A stretch of DNA of 64,000 nucleotides from Octopus vulgaris (Eukaryota). Numbering within the stretch: position 1 is the stretch's first letter; each line of letters begins with the position of its first letter. A program made the position numbers and the translations under genes. The notes under the pieces were generated by a model. It had not been told where the DNA came from, made no database searches, and was given only the letters and a program-made list of their open reading frames with translations. This document shows, piece by piece, positions 48,770 to 60,176 of the stretch. Location of the stretch: NCBI GenBank assembly GCA_951406725.2, contig OX597823.1, positions 115,754,001 through 115,818,000 on the forward strand. Reading direction: 5' to 3'.

Positions 48770-49680
48770 CTATGTAAAAAGCACTGGTGCTAGTACCACA
48801 TGAAAGGCACTGGTATTAGTATAATGTAAAAAGTGCTGGGGTCATGTAAAAAGCATTGGTTCCACACAAAAAGCACTGGTGTTGGTTCCACATAAAAAGC
48901 ATCGGTGATGGTGCCAAGTAAAAAGCACCTAGTACACTCCGTAAAGTGGTTGGTGTTAGGAAGGGTATCTAGTTGTAGGAACCATTCTAAAACAGACCAT
49001 GGTACCTGGTGCAGCTCCTGGTTTTGCCAGTTCCTGCCAAACAATCCAATCCATACCAGCATGGAAAACAGATGTTAAATGATAATGGCAATGATTATGA
49101 TGATGGTGATGATGATGAGTAGTGGAGTTGATCTAATCAAGTAGTCTTCTCCCTATAAAATTTCAAGCCTTGTGCCCATAGCAAAAAGGGTGTATATATA
49201 TATATACCAAATTTGATGACTGGCATCTGAGCTAGTGGAGTGCTAAGAGCAGCATCCAAACATGATCGTTGCCAGAGCAGCTGACTGGCTTCCGTGCCGG
49301 TGGCACATAAAAAGCACCATTCAAGCATGGTCATTACCAGCATCATCTTATTGGCACTTGTACCAGTGGCATGTAAAAAAAAAACATTGAAGCAAGGTCA
49401 TTGCCAGTGCTGCTGGACTGGCTCCTGTGCACGTGGAACATAAAAAACACCATTTCAAGCGTGGTCGTTGCCAGTACCGTCTGACTGACCCTCATGCCGG
49501 TGGCACATAACAGCACCAACTACACTCTTGCAGTGGTTGGTGTTAGGAAGGGCATCCAGCTGTAGAAACACTGCCAGATCAAGATTGGAGCCTGGTACAG
49601 CCATCTGGTTCGACAGTCCTCAGTCAAATTGTCCAACCCATGCTAGCATGGAAAGCAGATGTTAAACGATGATGATGATG
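48770..49680 (+). mobile_element. Two RTE 3' UTR fragments (48770-49115 and 49208-49680)
   Basis: Arrays of taaaaagcac modules, ggttggtgttaggaaggg and (gat)n tails. Confidence 0.8.
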
Positions 49681-50524
49681 ATATGTATATATACTACTTA
49701 AACGCTGCACTCCATGTGGACTTTTAAGCTAGCTCCTGTTGAGGGCTAAAACTAACGAAAGCTAAAATAGCACAACTATAATACATCTCTAATGACTATA
49801 TGCCCTGGTGGTGTTTAATCAGTGGTTAAGGACGGATGAGAATTAATTCTGTAATGCAATCATTCTACTGTTCCATTCTCAAGATAAATTCCAACTGTTT
49901 GCCAATTTGTCCCAAAGTTCTTATCTCAACACAAAATGAACAAAGTGAATGACATTTATCTCCCCTTGATTTCTGACATCATCTGCCAAATGCCAACCAA
50001 GATAGCATGAATCAGCCAAGCTTTATCCGCTAGAAATAGCAACCCAAATGCTTTTAAATCAGGTCCCAATGCTGGATGTTCAAGAACCAAATCAAGGGCA
50101 GATTTTCAATCCCATGATCATCCTGATTCCTAAAAGGTATAATATATCTATGTAGAGCAAATGGCGACTGAGATACAGAGATCCCAGACAAAAAGAATGT
50201 CACATTTTTTTTATTATAGATATATATATGAGAAAGAGAGAGAGAGAGAGTGCAAATCTGTCTAATATGTCTTTGTTAACACTGATAATTTTTTTGTTGC
50301 GATTCTTTGGCTTCAGTTGTATTTTGTAAATACTGTCATATTCATTTATATTCAAAGATTAGGATGGGATCAGCAATATGCTTGAGAAGGATTTAAACAC
50401 AAATCTTCAAACCTTATTCATCAAATAAACACCTTATGTCTGTGTTATATTTATTTCTAGTATTGTTGACTTGAAAATCATAAGAAAGTCTATATATATA
50501 TATGTATATATATACATGTGTATA

Positions 50525-51014
50525 TTCAAAGGGCAAGACCGCTAGGTAGTCGGCCGTATGCTAGAAATAGATCACCAACGATCAAACTACAAAGAATGTT
50601 CTCTAGAGGGAAATTCAGTGGACACCAGAACAGTTAGTCGGGCAAGACAGATGAAAATTATATAAAAAAACAGAATTAATCACAGACCGGCAGTTTCGTC
50701 TATTAACAAAAGAATTACTTACATAATCCAAATGTCCGTAGTTTCGTCAGTGCGATCGTTCCGACAGGTAATGTAATTTGTAAAACTAACCCCAGCTTTC
50801 TGTGCTAAAACAGACACGTGTTTAGTTTTACCGATTACATTAGGGATAATTTCAAATGTCTTAGTTCTGGCGCACTAAAGATTCCGGAAGCGAAGAACTG
50901 CAGTAAATAATTTACTGCGGTTAATGCTGCCTATTAGAGAACATATTTATTTTAATATTTAAATAATGAGGGAGATAAATTAATATTAATTTATCTCCCT
51001 CATTATTTAAATAT
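50525..51014 (-). mobile_element. pLTR-like element in (TA)n with a hammerhead motif and a terminal 60-bp palindrome
   Basis: CpG-rich block between TA tracts; perfect palindrome at 50955-51014. Confidence 0.6.
50678..50757 (-). ncRNA. Type I hammerhead ribozyme motif
   Basis: Minus strand: gatcgca-CTGACGA-aacta...tagac-GAAAC-tgccg-GTC-tgtgatt. 6-7 bp stem I and GUC site; the base of stem II is damaged. Confidence 0.65.
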
Positions 51015-51268
51015 ATATATATATATATATAGATAGATAGATAGATAGATATAGATATATATATAGATAGATAGATAGATATAGATAGATATATAGATAT
51101 ATAGATAGATATAGATAGATAGATAGATATAGATATATATATATATATAGATAGATAGATAGATAGATATAGATATATATTTATATATATAGATAGATAT
51201 AGATATAGATATATATATATAGATAGATATAGATATATACATATATATATATATGCATATATATATAT
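51011..51268. repeat. (TA)n/(GATA)n compound microsatellite
   Basis: Read directly from the sequence. Confidence 0.95.
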
Positions 51269-52312
51269 CATCATCATCATCATGTATTGTCCACCTTCCA
51301 TGCTGGTATGGGTTGAACGGTTTGACTGAAAACTTGTAAGCCGAGGGGTTGCACCAGGTTCTGATCTGATTTGGCAAGGTTTCTACAGCTTGATGCTCTT
51401 CCTAATGCCAACCACTCCAAGAGTGTAGTGGGTGCTTTTTACGTGCCATTGGCCTGACACTGGCATTGCCCACAACTACAGTCTTACATGGCTTGACAGA
51501 TGTACCCAAGCATGGTATTTCACCAAATGTCTTGGTCACCTGTCACTGCTTTCATGAAGCCCAATGCATGAATGATGCTTTCTACGTACCACCAGCATGA
51601 GTGCCTGTCAGACTGCACTGGCATTGGCCATGGCTATGATTTCACTCAGTTTCACAGGTCTTCCCAAGCACAGCTTATCCTCCAGTGATTGAAAGGAGTT
51701 TTTATTGGGCCTATTACACAACACTGGCATCAGCCATGACTACGATCTCACTTGGCTTGATGGGTTTTCTCAAGGACAGCATATCCCCAACGGCTTCAGT
51801 CACTTGACATTGCCTCTGTGAAGCCCATCATTTGAAGATCATGTTTCACCACCTCGTCCCATGTCTTCCTGGGCCTACCTCTTCCACAGGTTCCCTCGAC
51901 CATTAGAGTGCAACACTTTTTCACTCAGCTGTCCTCGTCCACATGCATCACATGACCATACCAGCACAGTCATCTCTGTTGCACACCACATCTGGTACTT
52001 CTTATGTCCAACCTTTCTTTCCAGACACCTACACTCAGTTGTACATGCACACTGACATTACACAACCGGTGGAGCATACTAACTAAATTTCTTACGAGCT
52101 TATACAACTCCTCAGCAGTCACAGCCCATGTTTCACTGCCATGTAGCATGGCTGTTTGTACACAGGCATCATACAATCTACCTTTCAAAGAGGCCCTTTG
52201 TTACCAGCAGAGGTAGGAGCTCTCTGAACTTTACCCAGGCTATTCTTATTCTAACAGCTATACCCTCAGAGCATCCACCCCCACTACTGATTTAGTCACC
52301 AAGGTAACAAAA
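51268..52312 (-). mobile_element. RTE LINE, 5'-truncated (ORF2 C-terminus, 3' UTR and (gat)n tail)
   Basis: FCYLGD...GGGCSEGIAVRIRIAWVKFRELLPLL; KGRLYDACVQTAMLHGSETWAV; GTCGRGRPRKTWDEVVK; contiguous with the family C UTR. Confidence 0.92.
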
Positions 52313-52331
52313 GCTACACACACACACACAC

Positions 52332-52372
<41 letters not shown>

Positions 52373-52819
52373 CACATATATACATGCACATACTTACACA
52401 CACACACACGTATGTACATATATATATATATATAATGTCAATAATATACAGAAATAAACTTGAATTTTTGTAGACATATGGGGACTCTCTTTTGTATTGT
52501 GTAAATGATAACTGTAATTACTAAGATTAATTAAGCTGACTTTATTACCATTTTATAGTATATTTTACAAACCATAAAACACCATGCTTTAGAATTTTTG
52601 CAAATGTTTGTGGGTTTCAAAATGTGTCTATGTGGTCCCTATATGATCCCTTCTACTGACAATGGTATTGGGAGCATCAGATTAAGAGTAGCCAATTTAT
52701 TATAGAGTCAAAATTCTTTTAATTGTTAATTACTAAACAAGAAGACTTGTGAAAAATAACCCCAGTAAGCATTTTATCCATTTTTAAAAAAAATTGTTTT
52801 TCCTTTTTACTTAAAAGGA

Positions 52820-53035
52820 ATTACTGTCTTTGTTGTATCTGGGGAGAGTCATTTTGTTTTGTGCCTTATAAAGGAAAATAAAAATAAGAAACAAGTGGAA
52901 ATTTTACCGGTGAGTGTGTTACATTATAAGGCACAAAACAAAATGACTCTCCCCAGACACAACAGAACATGCTTCAACACACGAACTCATATAAAGAATC
53001 TTGCAAACCAAATCCAAAAACGAAATTACTGTTTT
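52820..53035. mobile_element. Fold-back pLTR-like element (family of 43930)
   Basis: 40-bp inverted arms 52831-52870 and 52925-52964, with an unpaired right tail. Confidence 0.7.
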
Positions 53036-53436
53036 GTTAATTTAAAAATCTAAACAGCTTCTATAAGTTTCTAAAGAAACAAATCATATTTGATATTCTT
53101 GGACTATATTATCCAATGGGAAAAACATCACTAAAGTTTATGTATAAACTTTTATTTTTAATTGGTTGTTTCCTGAAGCTCCAAAATGGAAATAACTAAG
53201 CAGTGCAATGGGGATACACATGAGAAAGAAAAAGAAGGCAAAGAGGACGGCAAATTCAGTGAAAGTTAAATTATAGTTATGGTATGTGTGCCATAATTTC
53301 TATTATTGCTCATAGTTGAAGAATATACTGCCAAAGTAGTCTGTCAGCTTGTCATATAACAGGTAACACTCTAGTTCATTTCATATAGGGCAAGATGAGT
53401 TTACTGGTAGTTAGTATGTCACTAATAAAGCAATTT

Positions 53437-53765
53437 GTGAAGGCGCGTGGCTTAGTGGTTAGGGTATTCGGCTCACAATTGTAAGGTGGTGAGTTCGATT
53501 CACAGTGACATGTTGTGTCCTTAAGGAAGACACTTTATTTCATGTTGCTCCAGCCCACTCAGCTGGCAAAAATGAGTAGCACTTGTATTTCAAAGGGCTG
53601 GCCTTGTCACACTCTGTGTCATGCTAAATCTCCCTGAGAACTATGTTAGGGGTAAACATGTCTGTGGATTGCTCAGTCACTTGCACATTAATTTCACGAG
53701 CAGACTGTTCCGTTGATCGTATCAGCTGGGACCCTCATCGTCGTAAACGACGGAGTGCTCCTTTG
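53437..53765 (+). mobile_element. SINE family E variant
   Basis: gtgaaggcgcgtggcttagtggttagg head; flanked by the direct repeat aataaagcaattt. Confidence 0.85.
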
Positions 53766-54119
53766 AATAAAGCAATTTAGATTGAAAAGGAAGCATATTA
53801 CCATGGTGATTTGAGATGGATTTAGCAAGGGATTCGGAAGCACAACTATGATTGAACAGGCAAAGTTTATTTAGATGTGCACTGAACAAAGCATGTTTGC
53901 TTTCCTGATAATTCCTTTGCAGAAATTTTAGTTTGTGGTAATTAAATTTTAATAGAAAGCAATAGACTACAATTTCTAATTTTGTTAAGTTTAATTTCAG
54001 ATTTCTAAATAAACCTATTTGGGGTGATGAACTTTGGCTATTCAGAGAGACTGTATAGAATAGGTCAAAGTCACTGTAAATTTGTTGTTACTTTCTGCAT
54101 CTGGAGGAAGAGTCAGGGG

Positions 54120-55050
54120 CCCTTGGTCTTTGTAGATGCTTCTTTAGGAATGAGATTGGTGTTCTGCTTGGACCTTACAAATCAATACCTGCAGGAATGG
54201 AATTCCAGATAGCTAATGTCCTGGGGAGCAAGGCTTGGGTGCAGGGATTCAAGTGTGGCCTGAGGTGGTGCTGAACACAACAAGCATGATGAGAGGAGGA
54301 GAGATGAATGGGATAAAAGCAGTACAAATCCAGCCTGCATGAAAGAACAAAGATAATCATAGTAGCAGTAGGAAAGGTAGAGAAGGAGAAAGAGGGGGGG
54401 AGAGAGAAGGAGCGAGAGGGGGAGAGAGAAAGAGAGAGAGGGGAGAGAGAGAAGGAGAGAGAGAGGAGATAGAGAGGGGATAGAGAGAAAGAGAGAGAGG
54501 GGGGAGACAAAAGGAGAAAGAGGGGGAGAGAGAGGGGGGAAGAGAGGGAGAGAGAAAGAGAGAGAGGGAAGAGAGAGAAGGGGAGAGAGAGAAGGAGAGA
54601 GAGGGGAGAGAGAGTGAGAGCATGTCTGTGGGTCAGATACTGGAGTTTGTTTGTGAGTTGGATGACACTTTCCTGGATGTAGTTCAGGGTGTCTGTATAT
54701 GCAACAACAACACTGGCCCAGATGTGAGAGCATATTATGCTGTGTGCCACACTTGAGCCTTATTATAGAGTATCAATAATTGCTTGGGGTTAAGGATATG
54801 CTTTCATCAGGATATATTCTCATTGATAGTCAGAAGCTACAACCAGGGTGCTTTTGAGGGCTCTGTCTATCCAAGAGGAGGCTGGTGTGATGTTATCTTC
54901 ATATGAATAATATTAACAGATTTGAGTGATAGGAGAGCTTAAAATGCAAGTGAATCTTTGGAATTCAAAAGTGTTAGTCGTGCTACGGAGACAGTTTGTT
55001 CAGAAATAAGATAACCAAACGTGTTGGAATTGTCTGAGATTTTGTTTGGA
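54120..55050 (-). mobile_element. Degenerate CR1/Jockey-like LINE ORF2 C-terminus, split by a GA tract (54375-54620)
   Basis: CSHIWAS....YTDTLNYIQ and LLPRTLAIWNSIP motifs. Confidence 0.65.
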
Positions 55051-55422
55051 GTATAAATAGACTTGAAGAGTTTTATGTTTTGTATTTAGAATTTACTTAA
55101 AATCTTTTATTTTTGTTACAATGTTTCTGTGCCAGGGGAAGAAAAGACAACAAATGAGTCTGAGTAAAATTATTCTTTCATATTTGAAAGTTTTTATTGA
55201 TAATCCCAAAAGCAAATAAGCTAAGTTTGTAATTTTTTGAAAATACATTGCAATGTGCTAAGCTTTCCACTGAAATATTGTCACTTCTGTAAGAATATTT
55301 TCAATTTACTGATAAATGATTTATCACCTTGTCATCAAGAAACCTACAGTGGTTGTCTGTAAATTACTCTCTGTTCAGTTGGATAATGTCTAGCAGATGG
55401 TAGATGGTATTAACTATTGCAG

Positions 55423-55639
55423 AAGGCAGTGAGCTGGCAGAAACGTTAGCATGCCGGGCAAAATGCTTAACAGTATTTCATCTGCCACTACGTGCTGAGG
55501 TCGACATTGCCTTTCATCCTTTCGGGGTCGATTAAATAAGTACCAGTTATGCACTGGGGTCGATATAACTGACTTAATCCGTTTGTCTCTCCTTGTTTGT
55601 CCTCTCTGTGTTTAGCCTTTTGTGTGTAGTATAGAAATA
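55423..55639 (+). mobile_element. SINE family B monomer
   Basis: Flanked by the TSD ggtattaactattgc. Confidence 0.88.
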
Positions 55640-56034
55640 GGTATTAACTATTGCTGGTTAAAGTAACCTCAGCCTTAAGGTCTGAGTATATCAGAAAAGC
55701 AGAGTATAAGAACTTGTAACTTTTTTGTGTTTCCCAGTATAACTAAATATGATTTAGGTTTTTTGGAATAAGAATTTGGTTTTGTGCTATTTACTCTGAC
55801 TGTTATTTTACGTGTCACATTCAGACCTGATTATCCCAGTCATGTGTTTGTTCTGTTTACTAAGGAATCATTCAGAAAGACCAAAGTAATCCTGTTGTTG
55901 TCTTCTTGGTACAAAACCAAACTGCATCTGATCTAATCTAATTCTGTTCCTAATTAATTAGGTTATAACTCTTTCTGTAACAACTTCTCTTTAAGGCATC
56001 TCCTTTATCCTTCTCATAGGATGACTCATTAGAG

Positions 56035-56148
56035 CAGGGTTTCTCAACCTTTTCACCCTTAAAATAAATTACATGTCTCAAGGATACCCCTGCACAAAAA
56101 AATTATATATCATATCTTATATTTTTTCCATCGTAGTTCACATGTAAG

Positions 56149-56189
<41 letters not shown>

Positions 56190-56198
56190 TATATATAT

Positions 56199-56255
<57 letters not shown>

Positions 56256-56461
56256 TATACATATGTGTGTGTATGGTTGTTATATTTTTTCGATGACATC
56301 GTAGGTTAGCTAGGATGATGTTTATATTACAATATTACAACAACCAATAATATGTTGTGCATGTATAGTAATATTTTGATCGTGAAATTAGCACAAGCTT
56401 TCTCACTCTTTCTCAGAGAACCCCTAGGAACCTTTTGTGGAACCCTGGTTGAGAAATGCTG
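56035..56461. mobile_element. hAT-Charlie MITE
   Basis: TIRs cagggtttctcaacc / ggttgagaaatgctg; perfect 8-bp TSD cattagag. Confidence 0.9.
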
Positions 56462-57719
56462 CATTAGAGCATTGCACAAAATCCTTCATGGAAGTTCTAC
56501 TTGCTCTTTATGTTCTGAGTTGAACTTTGCCTTTCATCCCCACCCCGCAAGATTGGTAAAATAAAATACCAGTCATATACTGGGGTTAATGTAATAATCA
56601 ACTAAGTCATTCTTCTAATAATTGCTGCCCTTGTGCCTGAATCAGAAACCATCATTGTGAAGGTTGCAAGCTGGCAGCAATGTTGCCGCATCAGAATAAA
56701 ATGCCTTGTGTTATTTCTTTCCATTGAGATCAACCTTACCTTTGATCCCTACAGGGCCAATAAAATAAAGTGCTAGTCAAGCACTGGGATCAATGATATG
56801 GACATACCCCTTCCCTTTCAAATTGCCATTCTTGTGCCTTAATTATAAATTATTATTTCTCAATTCATCCAAACAACAAATGATTTGGGAATCTGAAATG
56901 TTGTCTGGAAAACAAGAATAAATTTTGAGAGATTAAAAGATATCATTAGAACAATTCATAGAAAATTCCTGCCAAGGGTTGTAATGAGAACTTTTGTACT
57001 GTGTCTTCCTTTGTTCTGTTCTGAACCATATTGACATTCTGATTGTTTGATCATTTCTGCTAGAATTTCATTGCATTAGCATTCTCAGAGATTCTTATTT
57101 AAATATTCCATCGGTTGAATGTTTATGTTTGATTACTCTTCGAGTCATCACAGTCCTTTTCCTCTCTTGAGGCTTATTGTTATCTAATCACTTCTGCCCT
57201 TTAATCTACATTGCCGTTACTTGGCTACTGTACCTTTCCTCATAGTTTTATTGTCATTGTGCCAGCTAGCCATATATTTCATTTCAAAGAAATTCCGTAT
57301 TGATATATTTTAGCTTTTCCAATTTACCACATGAATTAAGGGAATTCTTTCAACAAGCACCTTGTTGATTAAGTATCACTGATAACTCGATGACTCAAGA
57401 TTTTTATTAGCTGCTTGACAAATATATTTGTGAGTCACAATTTTGTGGTGTTTCAGTGACGGATTTAACAGTCATTAAGTTTGTCTGTCGGTCTATCTGT
57501 CTGTCTGTTTGGCTGTGTTCATATAACTACTTCTGTTTTGCCATTATTTCTTGCATTTATTATCTGATGGTTTAATGAAGTAAAGTTATAAAGCTTTGGT
57601 TCTTTTTTAGTATGTCCTCAGTGCTGTGTCTAAGCTGCAGCAAGAGAAACTGACAGTAAGGTTGCTTTAATTAGTGATACATTGACGAGATAAATGTTAA
57701 TCTATGGAATTTTATCCAA

Positions 57720-58000
57720 TATATATATATTGATAAAAACGGTAAGACAACAAATGAAAGAAAGAGACCTCGATATTATGTAAATGGAGGAATTTATCTG
57801 TAAAAGAAATATGTGACAATTATTTGGTAGCCAATATAAAACTCCGAGTTTCGGATGCCAAGGTGGAAATCCACACCACCATCTCTTCAGTTATCCGGCC
57901 ATCAGATAACTGAAGAGATGATGGCATAGATTTCCACCTCGGCATCCAAAACTCGGAGTTCTATCTTGGCTACTGAATAATTGTCACATATTACATTTAC

Positions 58001-58005
<5 letters not shown>
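57720..58005. mobile_element. Fold-back pLTR-like element in (TA)n
   Basis: Arms ~57796-57895 and 57905-58004, with an unpaired left tail matching that of the 24085 copy. Confidence 0.82.
57836..57895 (-). ncRNA. Hammerhead ribozyme motif (mirror copy at 57905-57965, + strand, GAAA mutated to AAAA)
   Basis: Minus strand: gataa-CTGAAGA-gatg...catc-cGAAA-ctc g gag-TT-ttat. Confidence 0.68.
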
Positions 58006-58034
<29 letters not shown>

Positions 58035-59124
58035 GTGTGTGTGTGTGTAGATATAAGTTTTATCCAATTTCTGTCGACTCTGGTAATGTAAAATTATAAA
58101 GGTAGTTGTAGTAGAATTTCAAATTCTAAGAGTAAAAGAATTCTGAATTAAAATCTTCAGTTTTCCACTTCCACTGACATCCCTAAACAAGTAGCCACAA
58201 CAGCACTAACAACAATAATAATTCTTACGACTATGGGCACAAGGCCTGCAATTTGGGTTGAGGGAGAATAGTCAATTACATCGACCCCCAGCACTCAACT
58301 TGTACTTATTTCATCGACCACAAAAGGATGAAAGGCAAAGTTGACTTTAATAGAATTTGAACTCAAAATGTAAAAACATAGGAAATGCTGGTAAGCACTT
58401 TATCTGGTATATTAATGGTTGGGCCAGATCAGCACCTTAATGATATTAATAATAGCCCTTTTTACTATAGGCACAAGACCTGAAATTTTTGGGGAGGCGA
58501 TACATCATTTACACTGACCTCAGCACTGGACTGGTACATATTTTATTGACCCCAGAAAGGATGACTGGCAAACTGACCTCAACAGGATCTGAAACTAGAA
58601 TGTAAAGGGTAAAAAAAAAAATATACTGTCTCTCTTAAAAAAGAAAACTCAAAAGGTCTGGAATGCAGCTTGTATGTAGTATTCTGGGTTTATTCAGTTG
58701 ACCCTAACACTCACCTTTACAATATGTTGCCAATTACCAGCTACAAGTGCTTTGGCAGAACCATTAGAAGAGGAGAAAAATGTTTTGCAGCATTTCTTCG
58801 GCTGCTTTACACTCTGAGTTCAAATTCCACAATAAAGCAAAGTATTCATCAAATAATGGGAGTGACTGCATTGACTCATTGCTTTCCTACTAAATTGCTG
58901 GCCTTGTGCCTTAGTACATCATTAATCAAAACTAGAGGGGGCTAATTGCATTGATTTTAGGTCTTGCCTAGTGCTTCTTCTTTCAGCACAAAACAGTTTG
59001 AAGAGGTTCTTTAGTCAGAATGTTGAGGAACAAAACGAAATACCGTTGAACAATAAGCCTAGCACTTTAATCAACACTGTTACTTTCTTTTAGTAGATTA
59101 ATGATAACAAATATTATTATTATT

Positions 59125-59574
59125 ATAAATTTGTTTTACAAGATTTTTGATGTGAAATCGTGTATTGAAACAGATATTGTTGTATTTAGGAATGGTCATT
59201 TTTGCCAGTTTAGCCAATAAAAACACACGCACTATATATTTGGTGTTAATTTGCTTCAGTATTATTTATTTTTTACATTAATCTTAATCTTATTTTGGAC
59301 AGAGTTCTTTCGTCACACTCCTGTGACCGCATCAGTGGTCCTTTGTTTTCTTCTTTCTTATTTGACCGTTAGTAAGGAGAGACACACAAATAAGAAAGAA
59401 GAAAGCAAAGGACCACTGATGCGGTCAAAGGAGTGTGACGAAAGAACTCTGGCCGAAATAAGATTAAGATTAATGTAAAAAATAAATAACACTGAAGTGA
59501 AGTAACACCAAATATGTAGTGCGTGTGTTTTTATTGGCTAAACTGACAAAATGACCATTCCTAAATACAACAAT
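59125..59574. mobile_element. Fold-back pLTR-like element in (TAT)n
   Basis: ~188-bp arms 59176-59364 and 59387-59574, 22-nt loop, unpaired left tail. Confidence 0.82.
59297..59341 (-). ncRNA. Variant minimal hammerhead-like motif (mirror copy at 59410-59454, +)
   Basis: ggacca-CTGATGCG-gtcac aggagt gtgac-GAAA-g aa c-TC-tgtcc. Confidence 0.55.
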
Positions 59575-59982
59575 GAATATTATTATTGTTGTTGTTGCTT
59601 CTGTTTTAACTTTCCACTCATCCTCACTGAAGCAATGTGTAGAATAAGAGAAGATTCTCTAAGTCTGGGCAATAATTTATGTTTTGGTTACCCTTTCTGT
59701 GTATCTTCATTTATCTGCAGAACAAGATGTCGTTAGCGAGGAGGGATCAGCAGATTCATTAGCGCATCAAACAAAATGTCATGTGCTATTTCTTCATGCT
59801 CTTTACCTCTGGGTTCAAATCTCACCAAGGTCAATTTTGTTTTTCATCTTTTCAGGGTTGGTAAATTAAAGAACCAGCCAAGCACTGGGATCAGCATCAC
59901 TGACTGACCCCCACCCACTAAAAATTATTGGCCATGTGAATAAATTAGAAACAATTATTATTGGTTGTAACATCAAAGCTTT

Positions 59983-60042
59983 GTCTCTCTCTCTCTCTCC
60001 CTTCGCTCTCTCCTCTTTCTCCCCTCCTCTCTTTCCCCCTCT

Positions 60043-60074
<32 letters not shown>

Positions 60075-60176
60075 ATCTTTCCTCCTCTCCTCTCTCCCCA
60101 TCTTCCCATCTTCCCTCCCCCCCTCTTCTCTCTCCCTTTCCCTCTCCCCCCTCCCTCCCCTTTCCTCTCTCTCTCC
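59983..60176. repeat. Polypyrimidine (CT-rich) tract
   Basis: About 190 nt, almost entirely C/T. Confidence 0.95.

Noticed and set aside
48770-48930. Regularly spaced taaaaagcac repeats resembling a CRISPR array
   Set aside because: Eukaryotic context, spacers related to each other, and part of the RTE 3' UTR.
50921-51377. Ile/Tyr-rich ORFs
   Set aside because: Translations of (TA)n/(GATA)n microsatellite.
54175-54750. 183-191 aa ORFs
   Set aside because: Open only because of the GA/CT tract inside a dead LINE.
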